NCBI RefSeq assembly: GCF_009914755.1
Contig: NC_060933.1
DNA from: the human T2T-CHM13v2.0 reference genome, Homo sapiens
Reading direction: 5' to 3' (one strand)
Length of the DNA stretch: 64,000 bases
Positions 56,401 through 64,000 of this stretch are shown one piece after another (the stretch's first letter is position 1; each line of letters starts with the position of its first letter). The notes below the pieces were generated by a model. That model worked only from the letters and a program-made list of their open reading frames with translations. It was not told where the DNA came from and ran no database searches. A program made the position numbers and the translations under genes.

Positions 56401-56548
56401 CATATCCTGTCCCCACGCCCCAACAAAAATCCTAAAACTGAAAAGGGGAGTTGAGGGTATCATATTAACATAGATATTTTCCATCAACAAGTATCCACCA
56501 CAGACATACTGCTGGGTGCTAGGAAGCTAGGGTTAAAGAGAAAAGCAC

Positions 56549-56838
56549 GGCCAGGCATGGTGGCTCATGCTTGTAATCCCAGCACTTTGGGAGGCCAATG
56601 CAGGGGGGATCACCTGAGGTCAGGAGTTTGAGACCAGCCTGGCCAACATGGTGAAACCCTGTCTCTACTAAAAATACAAAAATTAGCCAAGGCTTGTGGC
56701 GCATGCCTGTAATCCCAGCTACTCGGGAGGCTGAGGCAGAAGAATCACTTGAACCCGGGTTGTACTGAGCCAAGATTGTGCCATTGCACTCCAGCCTGAG
56801 CAACAGAGCGAGACTCCATCTCAAAAAAAAAAAAAAAA
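56549..56838 (+). mobile_element. AluS with a small right-arm deletion
   Basis: Alu dimer with A tail. Confidence 0.9.
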
Positions 56839-57884
56839 GAGATGGGTACACCTAGCAGTTCCATGGCAGATACTGTCATTGAACAGATACACAGATACTG
56901 TGTATATACAAATATACAATTATCTACATACAAAAATTTAAAAAGAACATGGAACCTAGTGCTGAACTAGAAGTCAGGGACTAAAGTTCTAATACCAGAT
57001 GTGACCTTCCTGGCTGGGAGTCATGGCCCTTCCCTTTTCCTGGCCTATAGTCTCTCCTCTGTGAAATGAGGGTATTCCTCAAGACTTTCCCAGCTCCCAG
57101 AACAATGATGGAATGTAAATGGAAAGTGTTTTATAAACTAAAAAGTGTTAAACATAGAGTATTATCATTCTGTACCAGCGAAGTCCGTTAAGAGACTGAT
57201 GCGGGCTAGAGGAAGCCATGCGCGGTTCCAGATCTGAAGCTTTACAAAGGGCTGAGCAATGGAAGGCACTTGGGCTGGGAGGAGGTGAGAGGGGAGGAGG
57301 TCTGCTGGAGCAGAGTTAGAGCAGCAAAAGCAAGAACATTTTAGCATCCATGAACTGTGTTTGGAATAGAGTTGGTGGAGAGGAAGCTGGAGCAGTTGGG
57401 TCACTGCGAACATTCTTAAACAGAGCTCATGACCTTAACCCCAAACAGGAATCATCCATGACATCCCCCTTCCCATCCATCACCAAAGCCTGTTGATTCT
57501 GCTTCCCAAATGTCTGATTCACCCAGCTACTCTGTCACTCACCTCTCACCTCAACCACTGGACTAGCTTCCTGACTGGTCGCCCAGCTTTCACTCATGCT
57601 GTCTCCACAATCCACTTTCCACCCAGCATCCAGAATGACCTTTTCAAATACAGAACTCTGATTGTGTCACTTGCTTAAAACCCACAACTGCTTTCCATGT
57701 GATTTTAAGATAAAGATCAAAATCTCTAGTGTCTAGACTTCTCATATTCCCTCAGACCTATACATTCTCTTCTCCTTGAACAGTTTCTCTACCCATTCAA
57801 CTGGTTAATTCCTACTTATCTTTCAGATCTCATCTCAAATGCCATCTCCTCAGGGACACTTTCCCAGCTACATAGCCATATCTA

Positions 57885-58210
<326 letters not shown>

Positions 58211-60040
58211 CTACCTATAAATTCTCATAGCTCACTTTATTTTTCCTCATAGCTCTTTCCCCAACTTGTGTTTATATATTACTCCAAGTATTTTATCACC
58301 ATCACTCCCACTAGAATGTGAGCCTCATACATCTGTTTGCATCACCACTATATCCCCAGGAACCTAGTCCACTGCAGCACACAAGAGCCACTTAATAAAT
58401 ATTTTCTGAATAAACGAATAAAGCTGGTCAGACCACACAAGCCTGAGCAGTTTGGGAAATATACACATATAAACATGTGCACAAGCCTCCAAAATACTCA
58501 ATCCCATGTGTTGCTATTGAGGAGTGTATGCAAGCCTTTGTGAGCTGAGGTTTCCATGTGTACGAGCTTAACTAAAAACTAGTCCAAGCCAAGACCTGTA
58601 GCAGGCAGGGCACTGAGTATGAAATAGACCAAATTCCATTACTGATCTTCAAGCTTGAAAAAGCAGATTTGCCTCCCTGCCCAGAAAATAATCTACTTCA
58701 AAAAACAACAACAACAATAACAACTTGTTAATCTGGTGATATTTATTACTTCATTCACTCATTCATTCAGAAAATACCAAGTGTGCAAGTTCAGCATAAC
58801 CTGGAGAAGAAGCCTGGGCCTGGCATCCTCTAGTCTGCTGAAAGCCAACAGCAGGCCAGCTTCCAGCTGCTGGACCCTGTGGCAATGAAGGGAATTATAC
58901 TGGCCTGGCCCAGAGCAGTGCAGCCATGCCCTAAACCAAGAACTCCATGGTCCTGGCCTACCACACCCAGCAGGAACTCTATTGCCAGGACAAATGAAGC
59001 ATTCCCACATAAGCTTCTGGCTAGGATCCTCGGTGAGGCAACCCTGGAAAGTCTTATTCCACTGTCACAGAACAAAACTTAGCACACTTTGGTGTTGCCA
59101 CTTTACCCACAACACCCTCCATCACTGTACCTTCCTGGCATGTTATTTTTCACAGGTGTGATGGGCAGCTCACCAGTCTCTGATGAGCTCTTGGAGTAGA
59201 AGGGTGGAGGGCTGTCTCTTTTCAGATCTTCGGGCAGATGTTAGACTCGAAATACTTGTGTATTTCACAAGTTACTATGTAATAAATGTTTACGAATGAG
59301 TGAAAAATCAATTGATTCACTGACTGTATTTGCTGAACTGTGCTTGTTGTTCAATATTTTAATAAATGAAAATACTACTTTTCAAATGTTTTTTAAGGAG
59401 GAGAACCTCTCTCAAGCAAAATATTACGAGGGTCCCTAGGACACTTAACAGATCTTAAAGAAAAAAAAAAGACATTTACTGTGGCTGAAGCCCCATCCTC
59501 TGTCTCCCTGCCTCACCCATCAGGACCCCTTCAAGTCACCCCAGGCTTTTACAACAGTAAGAATTGAACTACTGATATAATTAACAACATAGATCAATCT
59601 CACAAATATATTGTTGAGGAAAGAAGCCAGACACAAAAGAGAATCTACTATATAATTCCTTTTATATAAAGTTTAAAAACAGGCAGAACTAACAGTGGTC
59701 AGAATGGTAGTTATCTTTAGGGGAGAAAGGTGAGCTCTGAGAACACAAAGAGGGCTTCTGGGGGGCTGGCATGTTCTGTTTCCTGATCTGGATGGTAGCT
59801 CCACAGGTGTGTTTGCTTGTGAACATTCACGCTGTACACTTAAGATCTGTTCATTTTTCTATAAGCATGGTATATCTTAAAAGCTTGTTGAAAAGTAAAT
59901 AATTAAGTAAAAACAAAAACCTCCTTGCAGTCCTCAGAGTCCAGATGGAAACCAACTGTCTTAGAAAAGTGTACGGCTCTATTTCACTGACCAACCCAGT
60001 GTGGGCGACTTGCAAGCTTTCAACGGATGATGGTACTCAC

Positions 60041-60117
60041 GAGGCTTTGATGAGCAGCTGCTCTCTCTCCTGGAGTTCCCGCTTCAGACTTTCTACTTCC
60101 ACCTTGAGCTCAATGTT
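60041..60117 (-). CDS. CDK5RAP2: CDK5RAP2 coding exon (~exon 5, 77 nt): NIELKVEVESLKRELQEREQLLIKAS
   Basis: Minus-strand translation matches the recalled CDK5RAP2 peptide at the end of the CM1 region. Acceptor tag|AAC, donor CTC|gtgagt; the phase joins the next exon. Confidence 0.96.
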
Positions 60118-60941
60118 CTACAAAACAAGATTAAGAAAGAAAAGAAACAATGTAAAATAGAGGACCTATGAATGTCAACAATGGGGAAACTGCTTCCAGC
60201 ACAGACTGACTACAGGATGCTTGTAATAGGCAGATGTTAGATTCCAAAAACCCTCATTAGCCTCAGGGCACAGGGAAAAGGGAATTATTAAACACTGGTG
60301 GTCTCAAAAGAAAGACCTAGATTTCGTGAGACTTGGAACAATTATGTAAATGCTCCAAGCTTCTAACAGCCAGAGCATTCAAATATCAAGGCATAAATGT
60401 CATACAAGGAAGGCTGATTTAAAAATTGTATGCCCTCCACCAAGCAAATTTACAAGCAATTCTGCGGTGTGTTTTTCCCATTCCAAAGCAATTACTGGTG
60501 GTTGTTTACAATCATGCATGTGGTGGATGCAGCAGTGGGAACGTGTTACAGCTTAAAAAAAAATAAAACATGTGGATGGAAAACAGGAGACCACATCATG
60601 GCATGTGTCATTTCAATATAAGATTTCAGGGTTCTCACTTAAAGCTACAACCACATGGGGCAAGCTGTCTATAAGGAGCACCGCAATGTTCTCCAACCAA
60701 ATGTCTTCCTCTTAACTGACTGGAACAAAGGGAGTTGCACACAGCCTTGGGCTTATAACTCACGTGAGAATCCAGGGCAAATGGAATTCAATATGAGACA
60801 GCTGAACAGTGGCAGACTTCTCAAACTTATCTACAAATGTATCCCAGACAGAATATTAGATGAACTCAAGTAGTAGATGGGGGTTTGGGTGCATCGTTTG
60901 TGGAAGACTGCTGTAAATCTACAATTTATTGGAAATCTCCC

Positions 60942-61241
60942 TTTTGTTTTTTTGTTTTTTTGTTTTTTTATTTAGAGGCAGAGTCTTGCTCTGCTGTTGC
61001 CCAGCCTGGAGTGCAGTGGTACTATCATAGCTCACTGCAGGCCTCAAACTCCTGGGCTCAAGGGATCCTCCCACCTCAACCTCCTGAGTATCTGGGACTA
61101 TAGGCGTGCACTGCCACACCCGTCTTTTCGTTTGTTTGTTTGTTTTACAGATTGGGTCTTGCTATATCGCACAGGCTGGTCTTAAACTTCTGGCTTCAAA
61201 TGATACTCCTGCTTCAGCCTCCCAAAGCACTGGGCTTACAG
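60942..61241 (-). mobile_element. AluJ
   Basis: Diverged dimer. Confidence 0.82.
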
Positions 61242-61298
61242 CTCCTCTTTTATTTTAATAATCCATGCCAATTTTATATTCTACTCCATAATACATGT

Positions 61299-62053
<755 letters not shown>

Positions 62054-62852
62054 TCATGGGTGTGTGAACAAAAGGACATAGGTTTAAATTCTGTCTCTAC
62101 TCCCTACCAGGAGGAGACCACAAAGTCAGTGGCTCCTCACTTACTCACTCCTTCACGTCACAGAAACTTACCAAGCACCTGTGAAGGACCAACCACAGAA
62201 GACACTGAAGTGAACAAGACATGCTAACGTGGAATACAAAACTAGAAGCACAATACTTTAACTGTCCTTAGACATATAAGTCCACAGGGTGAGAAAGCAA
62301 TGCTTCTCCTTTCTAATCCTCAAGTGTCAAAAACAAAACATAAAAGCTCCCATGACATGGGGGCCTTAAGGACTATAATGAGCTAGCAAATGAGAAAAGC
62401 CTCGGAGACAGGGCTCAAAATAGGTTATCTTCTTCACTGTCAAACAACAAGAATTAAAGAAGTCATCTATGAGGCAGAACTTTTTCTTGAAGAAAGTGAT
62501 CTTTGCAAAAAGGACACTGGGTGACAGTGTATAATATCTTCAAGTGTAATTTTGTGAAAAATGCAGAAACATCCTTCAAACAGAGGATTCTTTTTCCAGC
62601 TCTCAGAAGGGTGGAGAGCTTCTATTTATGAACTGATATAATATACTCTACGTGCTTCACTTTCTGATGAACCAACAGGCACTCCAATTTAATACATTTA
62701 AAAGAATGAATGCTAACATGTCCATTCGGTTATTTTTCTCAAGCCCAATATCTCAAGTTATAAACTTATATACATAATTGTAATTTCCAAACCAAAAGTC
62801 AGGGCACCTTCAAAGAGTAAAATGGAATATTATGAAACTATTTAAAAAGGCA

Positions 62853-63150
62853 TCTTAGTGCAATGGCTCACACCTGTAAGTCCCAACACTTTGGGAAGCC
62901 AAGGCAGGAGGATGGTTTGAGGCTAGAAGTTCAAGACCAGCCTTGGGCAACATAGCAAGACCCCATCTCTACAAAAAGCAAAAATTTAAAAATGCCAGGT
63001 GTGGTGGTGCATGCCTGTAGTCCCAACTACTCAGGAGACTGAGGTGGGAGGATACCTTCAGCCCAAGAGTTCAAGGTTGCAGTGAGCTATGATCACACCA
63101 CTACACTCCAGCTCGGTGACAGAGTGAGATACTGTCTCAAAAACAAAAAG
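62853..63150 (+). mobile_element. AluJ
   Basis: Diverged dimer. Confidence 0.85.
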
Positions 63151-63202
63151 AATAAAGAAATTCATTCTTAAACTACTATTAAAGAAAGATATCATTAAGT
63201 AA

Positions 63203-63497
63203 GGCGAGGCGCAGTGCCTCACGCCTATAATCCAAGCACTTTGGGAGGCCAAGGCAGGTGGATCACTTGAGGCCAGGAGTTTGAGACCAGCCTGGAGAAC
63301 ATGGGGAAACCCCATCTCTACCAAAAGTACAAAAATTAGCCAGGCGTGCTGGCGTGCACATGTAATCCCAGCTAATCAGGAGGCTGAGGACAGGAATTGC
63401 TTGAACCTGGGAGGCAGAGGTTGCAGTAAGCCAAGATTGTGCCACTGCACTCCAGCCTGGGCAACAGACGGAGACTCTGTCTCAAAAAAAAAAAAAA
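63203..63497 (+). mobile_element. AluS/J
   Basis: Full dimer; AGAAAGATATCATTAAG on both flanks. Confidence 0.88.
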
Positions 63498-64000
63498 GAG
63501 AGACAGAAAGATATCATTAAGCGAAAAATATAAGGTGCAGAACAGAACATGCTTGCACTTATGTAAAAAGAGGGTTTATACACATACACACACACAAACA
63601 CACGCTTGCTTATACTATATATACATAAAATTCCTCTGCATAAGCAATCAATATTTATTAGATCTAGAGGACCAGGACACAAGGGTGGAAGAGTGTTTTC
63701 AGTGTATATCTCTTAGGCTTTTTGAATTCTAAACCATGTGCACCTATCCAAAAACTTACACTGAAGAAAGGGGCAATGAAATCAAGTCATCTAGTCAGAC
63801 AATTGAAGTGGTATAGTACAATGAGATTGGAAGACCTGGGCTCAAAATCCACCTCACGTAGTAGCTATATGACATCAGGTGGGTTACTCATCTATAAGCC
63901 TCAGTTTCTTCCCCTGTAAGATGAAGATAAACTCCACGGCACAGGACTGTCATGAGAATTACAATAAGATGCAAATGTACAGATGCCCAAGACAGTGCCT

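Overview
Human genomic DNA (a human-specific SVA_F1 is present) covering ten coding exons of CDK5RAP2 (CEP215/MCPH3, centrosomal gamma-tubulin-recruiting protein) on the minus strand. By my numbering these are exons 5-14, about residues 103-542, and they splice into one open frame. Intron 6 has a non-canonical GC donor, and exons 9-14 are all phase-0 symmetric. The main feature is a 2.7-kb SVA_F1 retrotransposon in the ~27-kb intron 12 (9075-11776), antisense to the gene. It carries a spliced copy of MAST2 exon 1 (CpG island, a uORF and 59 MAST2 codons fused in frame to SVA sequence), a G-rich VNTR, SINE-R, poly(A) and an 11-bp TSD, and it lies ~270 bp upstream of a solo ERVK LTR. The rest is typical primate intronic repeat content: about 20 Alus/monomers, two young L1PA 3' fragments, a near-full-length Tigger1, THE1, MLT1 and ERV1 LTRs, MER33, many MIR/L2/old L1 remnants, microsatellites and a palindrome-rich AT minisatellite grown out of an Alu tail. 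Nearly all ORFs in the supplied track are spurious. I see no wholly new system. The best leads are regulatory hypotheses about the SVA_F1 and inverted Alu pairs around in-frame exons. Exon numbers and repeat subfamily names come from recall and were not computed.
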